From Sulfurovum sp. (GTDB lineage: Bacteria; Campylobacterota; Campylobacteria; Campylobacterales; Sulfurovaceae), in assembly GCA_027038155.1 (NCBI GenBank), contig JALVXW010000207.1, positions 1 through 35,335 of the forward strand: a stretch of 35,335 bases of DNA. The letters run 5' to 3'. Below, piece after piece: positions 8,357 to 17,890 of this stretch. The notes below the pieces were generated by a model. The model was not told the origin of the DNA, did not search any database, and saw nothing but the letters and a program-made list of their open reading frames with translations. The first letter of the stretch is position 1. Each line of letters opens with the position of its first letter. Made by a program: the position numbers and the translations under genes.

Positions 8357-9193
8357 CTACGATTTTGCCAGAGGATGTGCTTTCATATACTCTTGCATCT
8401 TTTTAACCGATCCTAATTTGGTATAAACCTGTGTGGTTGCCATTGTCTCATGCCCAAGCAGCTCACTTACATCTGCTATACGTGCCCCATGATGAAGCAA
8501 ATGTGTAGCAAAAGAGTGTCTAAGTTGGTGAGGCGTAACTTTTAGTCCATGTATCTTAAAGAGCTTTGTTAAGATATAGCGTAACTGAGCACTGTTCATA
8601 GGAGCATTCCCTTTTTCAAAAAGATATGTTTTTGGATGATATATCTCCCTGTATTGCATAATAAGTGAATGCAGTTCAGGCAATAGGGGCAACTCTCTTA
8701 CTTTATTTCCCTTGCCATATATCTGTACCCATGTATCTGTAATGGCATCTAATCTAAGCGTACTTAGTTCTGAGATACGTAACCCTAAACCATAAAGCAT
8801 AGAGATAAGCAGTTTTTCTTCTATTTTTGCCTCTTGCAGTACCTCTGTAATATACTGCTCTTCAATGGGCTTAGGAAGGCTCTGAGGCACTTTAATAGTC
8901 TCATCGCCTATAAGCCTAACACAGAGGTGACACTGCTCTTGCATATATGTTACAAAGGAGCGGACAGCAGAGAGTTTTTTCACAATCGTTTTTTTACTGT
9001 TTTTGACAATAGCAAAACGAAAAGGGGTAATATCTAAAATATGCACCTCCTCCTCTTCACAAAAATGACTTTTTTGAGACATTTGACGCAGTGCAATCTC
9101 ATACGTAACAATAGAGTGTTCGGAGTATCCACGAATATCAAGCAGATATAGAAGAAAATCTTCAATGTAAGCGTCTAGCTCCCTACTCTTCAC
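8357..9193 (-). CDS. XerC/XerD-like tyrosine recombinase
   Basis: Catalytic signature GLRISEL, GKGNKVR, TPHQLRHSFATHLL, LLGH and TTQVYT, plus an N-terminal SAM-like core-binding region; 278 aa, last gene of a housekeeping run. Confidence 0.9.
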   Translation of the reverse strand: MKSRELDAYIEDFLLYLLDIRGYSEHSIVTYEIALRQMSQKSHFCEEEEVHILDITPFRFAIVKNSKKTIVKKLSAVRSFVTYMQEQCHLCVRLIGDETIKVPQSLPKPIEEQYITEVLQEAKIEEKLLISMLYGLGLRISELSTLRLDAITDTWVQIYGKGNKVRELPLLPELHSLIMQYREIYHPKTYLFEKGNAPMNSAQLRYILTKLFKIHGLKVTPHQLRHSFATHLLHHGARIADVSELLGHETMATTQVYTKLGSVKKMQEYMKAHPLAKS

Positions 9194-9206
9194 TGCTTCT
9201 CCTTTG

Positions 9207-9824
9207 CTAAATAGTATGCTCTAACATCTTCTCTAATAGGTAGGCTTTTGCCTCTTCATGTGTCATGCCTTTGAGCGAAAGACTTTGCATATAAAACTCA
9301 ACGGTTGAAAAAGGTCTAGGAATAGTAAATCTATCCCAGCTACCTAGCTGCCAGTAGTTTGAACAGGTATAATTCATCACAAAAACGGGAAGTTTGCTTT
9401 TTAAGGCAATTCCCGCTGCTCCATCACTCATCGTATGCCTAGGTCCTCTAGGTCCATCTGGAGTTATAAGTATCTCTTTACCACTTTTAATGCTTTTAAA
9501 AGCTTGCAAAAGAACCTGTTTTGCACCTTTTCTTGAAGAACCCCTAAGTGGATGTATTTTTAAAAACTGTAATGTACGTGCTATGAGTGTGCCATCAAAG
9601 TGAGAAGATATAATTGCAGAAGCAGGATGCTTTTTATGTATATGTCTATATGCTTGCGGTGACATAAGCAGTTCTCCATGCCATGTAACACAGACATGCT
9701 GTTGTTGATCTATTTCTGTAATATAATGAAATTTTTTACGTGTAGTAATCCATATAATACGCATCAACATATAAACCAAAGGGGGTATTACTATCTGCCC
9801 CAATTTCCTCAAAAAGGATTTCAT
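9207..9824 (-). CDS. DUF374 / lysophospholipid acyltransferase family protein (LpxJ-like)
   Basis: WHGEL, SSHFDG, RGSSRKG, ITPDGPRGP and SWDRF motifs; lies downstream of miaB. Confidence 0.85.
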   Translation of the reverse strand: MKSFLRKLGQIVIPPLVYMLMRIIWITTRKKFHYITEIDQQQHVCVTWHGELLMSPQAYRHIHKKHPASAIISSHFDGTLIARTLQFLKIHPLRGSSRKGAKQVLLQAFKSIKSGKEILITPDGPRGPRHTMSDGAAGIALKSKLPVFVMNYTCSNYWQLGSWDRFTIPRPFSTVEFYMQSLSLKGMTHEEAKAYLLEKMLEHTI

Positions 9825-9829
9825 CTGCG

Positions 9830-11131
9830 TTAGACAAGCACTCCGTCAAGTGCACCCCTAGATGTTTTACTTACTTTTACATCTACAATCTGTCCCAATA
9901 ACTCTTCGCTACCTTTCACAAAAAAGAGTTTTCCATCATCACTACGTCCTGAAACACGGCCATTTGACTTAAGTTCATCAAAATAAACTTTATGCACTTT
10001 ACCTATTTGAGCATCCATAACCTCATCAAGTATTTCAGTATGACGCAACTGAAGTCTCGTGAGTCTATCTCCTGAAACTTTACTATCTATCTGATTATCA
10101 AAACTAGCTGCTTTTGTATGTGGGCGTGGTGAATACTTAAAAGAGAACATCTGTTCAAAACGTACTTTCTCTACCACCTCCATTGTATCCTCAAAGTCTG
10201 CATCACTCTCACCAGGAAAACCTACTATAACATCGGTAGATATAGTAGCTTCAGGGCATAGAGTACGTATCTTTTCACAACGATTCAAGAAGTTCTCTTT
10301 TGTATATCCTCTCTTCATCTCTTTAAGAATACGTGTTGAGCCACTCTGTAAAGGGACATGTATTTGTTTGCATATTTTAGGATTTGAGGCAAACTCTTGT
10401 AAAAAGGCGTCATCCATATGCAAAGGGTGAGGAGAGGCAAAACGAATACGCTCCAAGCCATCAATTTTTGATATTTTTTGCAAAAGCTGTGTAAAATTAC
10501 ATATCTCATCTGTTGCACTAAAATGTTTACCATAGTTATTGACATTTTGACCAAGAAGCATCACCTCTTTGGCACCCACATTAACTGCTTTTGTTATCTC
10601 TTTTACAATAAGATCTGAAGGAATAGAAATTTCATCACCCCGTGTCGCAGGAACAATACAGAAAGTACACGATTTATCACACCCGATAGAGATATTTACC
10701 ATCGCTTTAAAAGGATTACTTCTGTATTCACCAAAGGTATAGGTACTCTCATCAAAATCAGTATTTACCTCTACAGCATGTTTTTGATCTACCACATCTG
10801 TAATTTTAGAGACATTTCTGGCACCTAGTACAAAATCTACCACTGGTGCACGTTTAATAATCTCTTTTCCTAAGTGCGAAGCAGTGCACCCTGTTACACC
10901 TATCTTTGCCCCCTCTTTTTTATGCTTTTTAAAGACACCTATCTCAGAAAAGAGTTTGGCTACAGGTTTTTCTCTAACCGAACAGGTATTGATGATAATG
11001 AGGTCTGCTTCGGAGAGGTTTTGGGTAAGTTCGTAGGGTTCTTTTTGGTTAAGTTCTGCAATTATATGTTCGCTATCACGTACATTCATTGCACAACCTA
11101 ATGTCTCTATAAATAGTTTTTTTGTACTCAA
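9830..11131 (-). CDS. miaB: tRNA-2-methylthio-N6-dimethylallyladenosine synthase
   Basis: [20 protein letters not shown], radical-SAM motif CDKSCTFC and a C-terminal TRAM domain. Confidence 0.96.
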   Translation of the reverse strand: MSTKKLFIETLGCAMNVRDSEHIIAELNQKEPYELTQNLSEADLIIINTCSVREKPVAKLFSEIGVFKKHKKEGAKIGVTGCTASHLGKEIIKRAPVVDFVLGARNVSKITDVVDQKHAVEVNTDFDESTYTFGEYRSNPFKAMVNISIGCDKSCTFCIVPATRGDEISIPSDLIVKEITKAVNVGAKEVMLLGQNVNNYGKHFSATDEICNFTQLLQKISKIDGLERIRFASPHPLHMDDAFLQEFASNPKICKQIHVPLQSGSTRILKEMKRGYTKENFLNRCEKIRTLCPEATISTDVIVGFPGESDADFEDTMEVVEKVRFEQMFSFKYSPRPHTKAASFDNQIDSKVSGDRLTRLQLRHTEILDEVMDAQIGKVHKVYFDELKSNGRVSGRSDDGKLFFVKGSEELLGQIVDVKVSKTSRGALDGVLV

Positions 11132-11155
11132 TCTATCTCTTTAATATTGTGAAAA

Positions 11156-11395
11156 TTATGCGATAATATGCACTTCATAGATGTATTCATTTTCATCTAG
11201 ACCATATTTCACTTCTCTCATATAGACAGAAAAACCTTTCTCTTCAAAATATTCGATAAGCTCTTTTAACTCTTTGTGTGAGTTGTCTTTATCAAAATAA
11301 AATATAGATTTATTCGCTAGCTCTTCTTCTATTTTTTTCAGCTCAATTGTTTTTGGCTTTGCTTTTAATGTGGTTCTAGCAAGTTTCAATTTCAT
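11156..11395 (-). CDS. HP0268-family small protein (putative nuclease)
   Basis: 79 aa with IFYFDKDNSHK and REVKYGLDENEYIYEVH; sits upstream of miaB and divergent from nusA, as in Campylobacter. Confidence 0.8.
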   Translation of the reverse strand: MKLKLARTTLKAKPKTIELKKIEEELANKSIFYFDKDNSHKELKELIEYFEEKGFSVYMREVKYGLDENEYIYEVHIIA

Positions 11396-11466
11396 CTATA
11401 GTACCTTTGATTTATTCTTTATTATATTTTAGATTATACTTTATTTTCAGTAAAGGTTTGGTTAGA

Positions 11467-11472
11467 TATAAT
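11467..11472 (+). promoter_or_regulatory. Putative -10 box for nusA
   Basis: TATAAT about 100 bp upstream of the nusA ATG in the divergent intergenic region. Confidence 0.5.
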
Positions 11473-11570
11473 ACACAACTTCAAAAAGAACCCTCCCGAG
11501 ATACTATTGACACTGTTATGTTACCTCTTGTAGCGGTCTATTGAAATGCCATTTAAACATAGGAAAAATT

Positions 11571-12731
11571 ATGGAAAAAATATTAGATATTATTGAAGCT
11601 ATTGCACATGAAAAAAACATCTCTAAAGAGCATGCTATTGAGGCCTTTAGTGAAGCACTTAAAAATACTGCTAAAAAACTCACTTCATTTACAAGTCACT
11701 TTGAAGTACATATTGACAATGATACCAAAACATATACAGTAGATAAGGTCATTACGGTCGTGGCAGATGATGACGAACAACTTTTTGTAGAAGTAGGCAA
11801 AGAGGACAATAAAGAAAAAATTCCTTCAGATGCCTTTGTGCCACTTAGTGAAGCAAAAGAGTTTGATGCGTCACTTGAAATTGGCGACAAACTTACAGAA
11901 GAGTTTGTTTTAGAAGAGCATGGACGTACTGCATCGGCCAATTTGTTTAAAGAGTTGGAGTACCATATACAAAGACGCATAGAGCAAGATCTTTTTGAAA
12001 AATATAGAGAGAAAGTGGGCTCTGTAATGCTAGGCACAGTCAACCGTGTAGATGTAGAGGATAATACCTATGTAGAGATTGGTGAACTTAAAGGTGTGAT
12101 GAGTCAACGCAACCGAATTAAAGGCGAAAAGTTTAAGCATGGAGATAGCATTAGAGCACTCCTTCGTTTTGTCTCTGTTGACCCTCAGCATGGACTCTTT
12201 TTGGAACTCACAAGAACCTCTCCAAAGTTTTTAGAAGCCCTTATGGAGTCTGAAGTACCAGAGATAGCTGATGGTGCTGTAGAGATAGTAGGTGCAGCTA
12301 GAATCCCAGGAGAGCGAGCCAAAATAGCCCTAAAAACAGAGCAGATGAATGTTGACCCTATTGGTGCAGCTGTTGGTGTAAAAGGGGTACGTATCAATGC
12401 AGTGAGTCAAGAGCTTAATGGTGAAAATATTGACTGTATTGAGTACTCGCCTATTCCTGAAGTGTTTATTACACGTGCGTTAAGCCCTGCAATTACACAG
12501 AGTATCAAAGTAGATGCAGCCACTAAAAAAGCGATGGTGAATATTACTGGTGACCAAAAAGCAAAAGCTATTGGCAAGTCAGGAATTAACATTCGTTTGG
12601 CTTCTATGCTTACAGGCTATACCATAGAACTCAATGAGGTAGAAGGTGTCGCAGAACGTCAAGTGGACTCATCAACACCTGAAGTAGAAAAAACAACTGA
12701 TACAACAGCATTAGAAGATTTGTTTAAATAA
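11571..12731 (+). CDS. nusA: Transcription termination/antitermination factor NusA
   Basis: S1 and KH domains (ARIPGERAKIA, DPIGAAVGVKGVRI, AIGKSGINIRLA). Start moved to ATG 11571 (MEKILDII), which has an AGGA SD. Confidence 0.96.
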   Translation: MEKILDIIEAIAHEKNISKEHAIEAFSEALKNTAKKLTSFTSHFEVHIDNDTKTYTVDKVITVVADDDEQLFVEVGKEDNKEKIPSDAFVPLSEAKEFDASLEIGDKLTEEFVLEEHGRTASANLFKELEYHIQRRIEQDLFEKYREKVGSVMLGTVNRVDVEDNTYVEIGELKGVMSQRNRIKGEKFKHGDSIRALLRFVSVDPQHGLFLELTRTSPKFLEALMESEVPEIADGAVEIVGAARIPGERAKIALKTEQMNVDPIGAAVGVKGVRINAVSQELNGENIDCIEYSPIPEVFITRALSPAITQSIKVDAATKKAMVNITGDQKAKAIGKSGINIRLASMLTGYTIELNEVEGVAERQVDSSTPEVEKTTDTTALEDLFK

Positions 12732-12739
12732 ATATATGT

Positions 12740-12766
12740 AGGTAGGTTTATCAACCCTACCTTTTT
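12740..12766 (+). terminator. Hairpin / terminator between convergent nusA and tpiA
   Basis: AGGTAGGTT-TATC-AACCCTACCT followed by a T run. Confidence 0.65.
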
Positions 12767-12791
12767 AAAGTAAACATTGATTTAAAATCTA

Positions 12792-13484
12792 TTAAGAAAG
12801 CACCATCTGAGAAAAACTCTCCACATCAAGTGATGCAGACCCTACAAGTACCCCATCTACCCCAGCAATACTTGTAATCTCTTTGATATTGGCAGGCTTA
12901 ACAGAACCTCCATAGAGTAGTGGTTTATCATTGATAGCTTTTTTTAAGGCTCTGTGTGTGGTTGAAATCTCTTCCACTGTCGCACTTCGTCCTGTACCAA
13001 TAGCCCAAATAGGTTCATAGGCAACAATGAGTTTATCATAACCAATATCAATACCTTCAAACTGAGCCAAAAGGTATTGCATTACAGCTTCAAACCCTTT
13101 TTCACGTATCTCCAATGGTTCACCAATACAGTAAATGATTTCAAAGTCCTGCTTTTGAAAAAAAGAAAATTTAGCTGCTGCTTTCTCTTGTGTCTCTGCC
13201 ATATACTCACGGCGTTCACTGTGCCCAATGAGAATAGTCTTTATACCAAACTCATCTAACTGCTCTAAACCTATCTCTCCAGTATATGCACCATTGTGTG
13301 CTGCATACGCATTTTGCGTACCTATCGTAAAGTCACCCTCGTAATCATTCAGTGCCGTAGCAGGAGGGAAAATATACACTTTGTCTTCTGGATGCTTAGC
13401 ACGTAGCTTCTCATTGAGTTCCACAATATAGTTTTCTGTACTTTTTCTTGTGTGGTTGGTTTTAAAATTAGCTGCATAAATCAT
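12792..13484 (-). CDS. tpiA: Triosephosphate isomerase
   Basis: ANFK, GHSERR, AYEPIWAIGTG and LYGGSV. Confidence 0.97.
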   Translation of the reverse strand: MIYAANFKTNHTRKSTENYIVELNEKLRAKHPEDKVYIFPPATALNDYEGDFTIGTQNAYAAHNGAYTGEIGLEQLDEFGIKTILIGHSERREYMAETQEKAAAKFSFFQKQDFEIIYCIGEPLEIREKGFEAVMQYLLAQFEGIDIGYDKLIVAYEPIWAIGTGRSATVEEISTTHRALKKAINDKPLLYGGSVKPANIKEITSIAGVDGVLVGSASLDVESFSQMVLS

Positions 13485-13486
13485 TA

Positions 13487-14680
13487 TTATGCCTTTAGGG
13501 CTTCAATACCAGGGAGGGGTTTGCCCTCAAGTAGATTAAGGCTTGCTCCACCACCTGTACTTACAAAGGTCATCTCATCAACATCTCCTGCTTTTTGGGC
13601 AACATCAGCAGTATCTCCACCCCCTACGATTGTTGTAGCGTGACTTCCTGCAATATCATGAGACATCAGAAGGCTCCCTTTTGCAAATCTATCCCACTCA
13701 TAGACACCCATAGGACCATTCCATAAAATCGTCTGTGCATCTGCAATCACTTCACGAAAAAGTCTTGATGATGCAGGTCCAATATCTAGCCCCATCCAAT
13801 CTTCTGGAATCTCTTGTGCTGGTAGATACTTAGAGACCGAATACTCTTCAAATTTAGGCGCAACCACAACATCTACAGGAAGATAGAACTTAACCCCTTG
13901 TTTTCTAGCCTTTATCATAATTGTTCTAGCTTCATCTAACAGATCATCTTCTACCAAAGAGCTACCTATCTCATAGCCTTGTGCCTTTAAAAATGTAAAT
14001 GCCATTCCCCCGCCAATGACCACTTTATCTACCTTATTTAAAAGCTCTCTAAGTGCTTCAAGTTTACCAGATACTTTAGAGCCACCAATCACTGCTACAA
14101 ATGGCCGAATAGGATTTGCAAGTGTTTTATCAAAAAAGGTCACCTCTTTGTTTAATAAAAAACCTGCCCCCTTACTGTTGTTGTCAAAAAGTCTTGCCAT
14201 GGCATCTATAGAAGCATGTGCCCTATGGCATGCACCAAATGCATCGTTAATATAGATATCTGCCATAGAGGCTAACTCTTTGGCAAACGCTATATCATTC
14301 TTAGTTTCCCCTGCTTCATAGCGTAAGTTTTCAAGCACTAGTACTTCACCACTCTCTAAAACTGCAGCTTTTGCTTTGGTTTTTTCTCCTATAACATCTT
14401 TTGCCAATGTGATATTGTCTGCCAACTTAAGAAGTGTTTGCAGTCTTGTAACCACCGTTGCCAATGAAAACTTCTCTTCATACACGCCTGGCTCTGGACG
14501 TTCATAATGCGAAGCCAGAATAACTTTACATTCGCGATCTAAACAGTAACGAATACTGGTTAAAGCACCACGTATTCTTCTGTCATCTGTGATATTACCC
14601 TGCTCATCTTTTGGTACATTAAAATCACAACGAATAAATACGGTTTTTCCTGCTATATCTAAATCTTTAATTGTTTTCAA
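13487..14680 (-). CDS. pgk: Phosphoglycerate kinase
   Basis: [32 protein letters not shown] and STGGGASL; TTG start. Confidence 0.97.
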   Translation of the reverse strand: MKTIKDLDIAGKTVFIRCDFNVPKDEQGNITDDRRIRGALTSIRYCLDRECKVILASHYERPEPGVYEEKFSLATVVTRLQTLLKLADNITLAKDVIGEKTKAKAAVLESGEVLVLENLRYEAGETKNDIAFAKELASMADIYINDAFGACHRAHASIDAMARLFDNNSKGAGFLLNKEVTFFDKTLANPIRPFVAVIGGSKVSGKLEALRELLNKVDKVVIGGGMAFTFLKAQGYEIGSSLVEDDLLDEARTIMIKARKQGVKFYLPVDVVVAPKFEEYSVSKYLPAQEIPEDWMGLDIGPASSRLFREVIADAQTILWNGPMGVYEWDRFAKGSLLMSHDIAGSHATTIVGGGDTADVAQKAGDVDEMTFVSTGGGASLNLLEGKPLPGIEALKA

Positions 14681-14681
14681 C

Positions 14682-15680
14682 TTATGCTCCCTTACTAATA
14701 TGTACTGCCATATCTACCAAACGACAAGAGTATCCCCACTCATTATCATACCATGAGAGTACCTTTACCATATTGCCACCGATGACTTGAATGGTATCTT
14801 GTGCCACTACAGTACTTAGTGCTTCACCTACAAAATCTTGAGAGACTCTATACTCTTCATCTACACCCAAAATACCTTTATGAGAGCCTTCAGATGCTGT
14901 TTTAAATGCAGCTTGTACCTCTTCTACAGTGGTATCTTTAGCCAATGTCACAGTCAAATCTACCATAGAGACATCAGGGGTAGGCACACGAATAGCTTGT
15001 CCATTGATTTTGCCTGCAAGATTTGGCAATACTTTAGAGATGGCTTTAGCCGCACCTGTGGTGGTAGGTACCAGATTGGCTGCACCAGAGCGTCCTTTTC
15101 GTGGATCTTTTTTATGTTTTGCATCAAGTATAGGCTGCGATGAAGTGTAGGAGTGAATGGTTGTCATAAGCCCATTTTCTATGCCAAAAGCATCATCGAG
15201 TACTTTGGCTACAGGGGCTAACCCATTGGTGGTACAAGAGGCATTTGAAACTACCTTCTGTCCTGCATAATCCTCTGCATTTGCACCCAGTACAAAAGTA
15301 GCGGTATCATCTTTGGCTGGAGCGGAGAAGAGTACCTTTTTGATACCATTATCAAAGTATGGTTGGACAGACTCTTTTGTTAAAAATGCACCCGTACACT
15401 CAAGCACCAGCTCAGCTCCTGTAGAAGCAAAATCAATCTTACTTAAATCACGCTGGGCAAATATTTTTGCTTTTGTCGTACCGATATTTAAAAATCCATC
15501 AGCTACACTCACATCATTGCGTCTGCCATGTACAGAGTCATATTTGAGATTATATGCAAGCATCTCTTCTGAGCCAGAAGCATTTACTGCTACAAGCTCA
15601 ATATCATCTCTATCGGCGATAATTCTCGCGACACATCTACCAATTCTTCCAAGTCCATTGATTGCTACTTTTACAGCCAT
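14682..15680 (-). CDS. gap: Type I glyceraldehyde-3-phosphate dehydrogenase
   Basis: [17 protein letters not shown] and SWYDNEWGY. Confidence 0.97.
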   Translation of the reverse strand: MAVKVAINGLGRIGRCVARIIADRDDIELVAVNASGSEEMLAYNLKYDSVHGRRNDVSVADGFLNIGTTKAKIFAQRDLSKIDFASTGAELVLECTGAFLTKESVQPYFDNGIKKVLFSAPAKDDTATFVLGANAEDYAGQKVVSNASCTTNGLAPVAKVLDDAFGIENGLMTTIHSYTSSQPILDAKHKKDPRKGRSGAANLVPTTTGAAKAISKVLPNLAGKINGQAIRVPTPDVSMVDLTVTLAKDTTVEEVQAAFKTASEGSHKGILGVDEEYRVSQDFVGEALSTVVAQDTIQVIGGNMVKVLSWYDNEWGYSCRLVDMAVHISKGA

Positions 15681-15742
15681 TGTGTACCCTTATGCTTTTT
15701 ATGCTAAAATTCGGATAATTTTACAGTAAATGAGGTTAGCAT

Positions 15743-16663
15743 TTGGTTAATCACCCTAAGCCGATAGTAGCAATCTTTGGAGGAAGTTTCGACCCTCCAC
15801 ATCTTGGACATCAACATATTGTTGAGCGTGCTATTGAAAACTTAGAGATTGACCATCTGCTTGTTGTACCTGCCTATCTCAATCCTTTTAAAAGTTTTTC
15901 GCTTGCCTCTGCTTCTCAGAGGCTTGCGTGGTGTCATACACTTTTTGATAATATTGAAAAAGTCATTGTGAGTGAGTATGAGATAAATGAAGGCAAAAGT
16001 ATCACAACCGAACAAACTGTAAAACATTTTAACAGTGTGTATGATGCAAAGTATCTCATCGTTGGTTCTGACAACGTGCCAACATTGACAAAATGGCACC
16101 ATTTTTTTTGGCTTAATGAGACAATAATCTGGGTGATTGTCACACGTAGAGGCTATCCAGTAGATGCGGATAACCTTAAAAAATGGGAAATACTAGAGAT
16201 AGATACTCCCATAAGCTCTACAGATATACGAAACAAAAAAATGTTACACTATGTTGACAAAAAAATTCAAAAATCAGTACAAAATGTACTTGAAGGAAAT
16301 ACCTTAATGGCAATAGACGAAAGAGTAGAGAATATCGTGCATATTCTTGATGATAAAAAAGCAGAAGAGATAGAAGTATTTAACCTAGATAATGCAGACT
16401 ATATTGCAAAGCGTGTAGTGATTGCTAATTCACTTAATGGAAAACATACATTGGCACTCTTTGACCATCTGAAAAAAGGGCTTAAAGAGCATGGAGATGC
16501 TATTTTGGCTTCAGATACAAGTGACGAGTGGGTTGTAGCAGATTTAGGAGATATTCTTATTCATATTATGGTACCGGAGTATAGACAACGCTATAGCCTG
16601 GAACAGTTTTTGAATGAATTGGTAGAAAACCAGAAAAAAAATCACAATATTGACCCTGCTTAA
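15743..16663 (+). CDS. nadD: Nicotinate-nucleotide adenylyltransferase fused in frame to ribosome silencing factor RsfS
   Basis: Residues 1 to about 185 are NadD (FGGSFDPPHLGH, NPFK, IVGSDN, ISSTDIR). Residues 189-306 are RsfS. There is no stop between them. Confidence 0.9.
   Translation: MVNHPKPIVAIFGGSFDPPHLGHQHIVERAIENLEIDHLLVVPAYLNPFKSFSLASASQRLAWCHTLFDNIEKVIVSEYEINEGKSITTEQTVKHFNSVYDAKYLIVGSDNVPTLTKWHHFFWLNETIIWVIVTRRGYPVDADNLKKWEILEIDTPISSTDIRNKKMLHYVDKKIQKSVQNVLEGNTLMAIDERVENIVHILDDKKAEEIEVFNLDNADYIAKRVVIANSLNGKHTLALFDHLKKGLKEHGDAILASDTSDEWVVADLGDILIHIMVPEYRQRYSLEQFLNELVENQKKNHNIDPA
16307..16663 (+). CDS. rsfS: Ribosome silencing factor RsfS (likely internal start in the nadD frame)
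   Basis: MAIDERVENIVHILDDKKAEEIEV...EWVVADLGDILIHIM...RQRYSLE; AAGGA SD 9 nt upstream of ATG 16307. Confidence 0.85.
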   Translation: MAIDERVENIVHILDDKKAEEIEVFNLDNADYIAKRVVIANSLNGKHTLALFDHLKKGLKEHGDAILASDTSDEWVVADLGDILIHIMVPEYRQRYSLEQFLNELVENQKKNHNIDPA

Positions 16664-16677
16664 ACTACTTTAGTTTA

Positions 16678-16841
16678 ACCCAAATTATGCAATAGAAATT
16701 ACCAAACTAGCAAAAGTCATTGTACCGTGGGCATTTACAAATAATCATCGATTAACCTAAGGGTTAACCTCAAATTCTTTGCAAACACCCACAGCACAAG
16801 CACTATCGCTAATTTTGGCAATCCTATTGCATAATTTGGGT
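16678..16841. mobile_element. MITE-like palindromic element, family B (164 bp)
   Basis: Perfect 18-bp terminal inverted repeat ACCCAAATTATGCAATAG / CTATTGCATAATTTGGGT, and the whole element is an imperfect palindrome. It is flanked by a TTA direct repeat (16675-16677 and 16842-16844). Confidence 0.82.
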
Positions 16842-17171
16842 TTAAGCAAAAATCCCATGCCTAGAACCTTCTAAAAATTCTAAAAGTAAAAAGAGTCCTA
16901 TGGTTACTATAGGTGAAAAAATTATCCACCAGTAGTACTTTTCTTTAAAGAGATACCACACTACACCAAACCATGCCAAAATAACTAACAATAGATGTGC
17001 GATATAAAGAGGAATAATTGACCGTGTTAAGTTACCTGCTACTGCCAAAGAGATAATTATGGTAAATGATGCCAGTGTAATAAGTAATTTTTTGGTGTTT
17101 TTGTCTCTAGTATATTTGAAAAAAATAGTAGCCATGGTTATAAGTATAGCTATGATTATTAGTGCTTTCAT
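16842..17171 (-). CDS. Hypothetical small membrane protein (about 4 TM segments)
   Basis: 109 aa with four hydrophobic stretches and an AAGGA SD; no recognisable family. Confidence 0.8.
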   Translation of the reverse strand: MKALIIIAILITMATIFFKYTRDKNTKKLLITLASFTIIISLAVAGNLTRSIIPLYIAHLLLVILAWFGVVWYLFKEKYYWWIIFSPIVTIGLFLLLEFLEGSRHGIFA

Positions 17172-17189
17172 GGAAATCCTTTAAGGTTC

Positions 17190-17426
17190 TTAGAGTTTAT
17201 CCCTTTCATCAGGAGTCACATTTGGTACTTGCCTTAATGCCTCTACAAAAGATGCTTTTGAAGCTCTTTTTGCTCTTTGTTCTATGATATCTAAGGTTTG
17301 TAACGCAGAGACTTTTTCGCTTAAGGCATTGAGTATAAATTGATTAAGTGAGATTTTTTCATTTGTGCAGACATCATTTATTGCATTTTTTAAATAGTCT
17401 GGCATGCGTAAACTCATTGTTTTCAT
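17190..17426 (-). CDS. Putative antitoxin, ribbon-helix-helix / HicB-like
   Basis: N-terminal RHH pattern (TMSLRMPDYL...EKISLNQFILNALSEK); ATGA overlap with the PIN gene; GGAG SD. Confidence 0.8.
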   Translation of the reverse strand: MKTMSLRMPDYLKNAINDVCTNEKISLNQFILNALSEKVSALQTLDIIEQRAKRASKASFVEALRQVPNVTPDERDKL

Positions 17427-17833
17427 ATTATTTCTCCTATATATTGTAAAAATTCTTTAGGGGTCATCACTTTAAGACCATACTCTAAAGCAGGCTGAAA
17501 ATCTTTACCATTAAGTGTAACAATGATAGAGTGCGATTTTACAGCAAGCTCCAATAAAAAGTCATCATCAACATCTTTGAGCTTGGGTCTCCAAAGATAA
17601 AAAATACTATTTTTATTGCCAATGAGACAAATATAATCTAAAATAGCATCAACATGCACGTCATCCATTTTAGATTTCAGTTTTAATATCTCTTCATACT
17701 CATAAAGCAGTGTCGTCGAGATATGTACCATAAATTTCTTACTGTCTATCATAGATAAGAGTTTATGACTAGCACCCTTATTGGATAATAGAGCTGAAAG
17801 TAATACATTGGTGTCTATTACAATATTTACCAT
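17423..17833 (-). CDS. PIN-domain (VapC-like) putative toxin
   Basis: VIDTNVLLSAL, YEYEEIL, DVDDDFLLELAV and IVTLNGKDF retain the acidic PIN active-site pattern. Confidence 0.9.
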   Translation of the reverse strand: MVNIVIDTNVLLSALLSNKGASHKLLSMIDSKKFMVHISTTLLYEYEEILKLKSKMDDVHVDAILDYICLIGNKNSIFYLWRPKLKDVDDDFLLELAVKSHSIIVTLNGKDFQPALEYGLKVMTPKEFLQYIGEII

Positions 17834-17839
17834 AATGGT

Positions 17840-17845
17840 ATTATA
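17840..17845 (-). promoter_or_regulatory. -10 box positioned for a leaderless PIN toxin mRNA
   Basis: TATAAT-ACCATT-ATG on the minus strand, with no SD. Confidence 0.6.
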
Positions 17846-17890
17846 TACAGTATCATATTAAAATAGTCTAAACCAATATAAACCACTATT

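Noticed and set aside
6326-9193. tRNA-Phe plus a nearby tyrosine recombinase as an integrative element or prophage
   Set aside because: I saw no duplicated tRNA 3' end and no phage or conjugation genes. The recombinase is XerC/D-like and sits in a housekeeping run.
11541-11570. TTG start for nusA at 11541
   Set aside because: ATG 11571 has an SD and gives the typical MEKILDII N-terminus.
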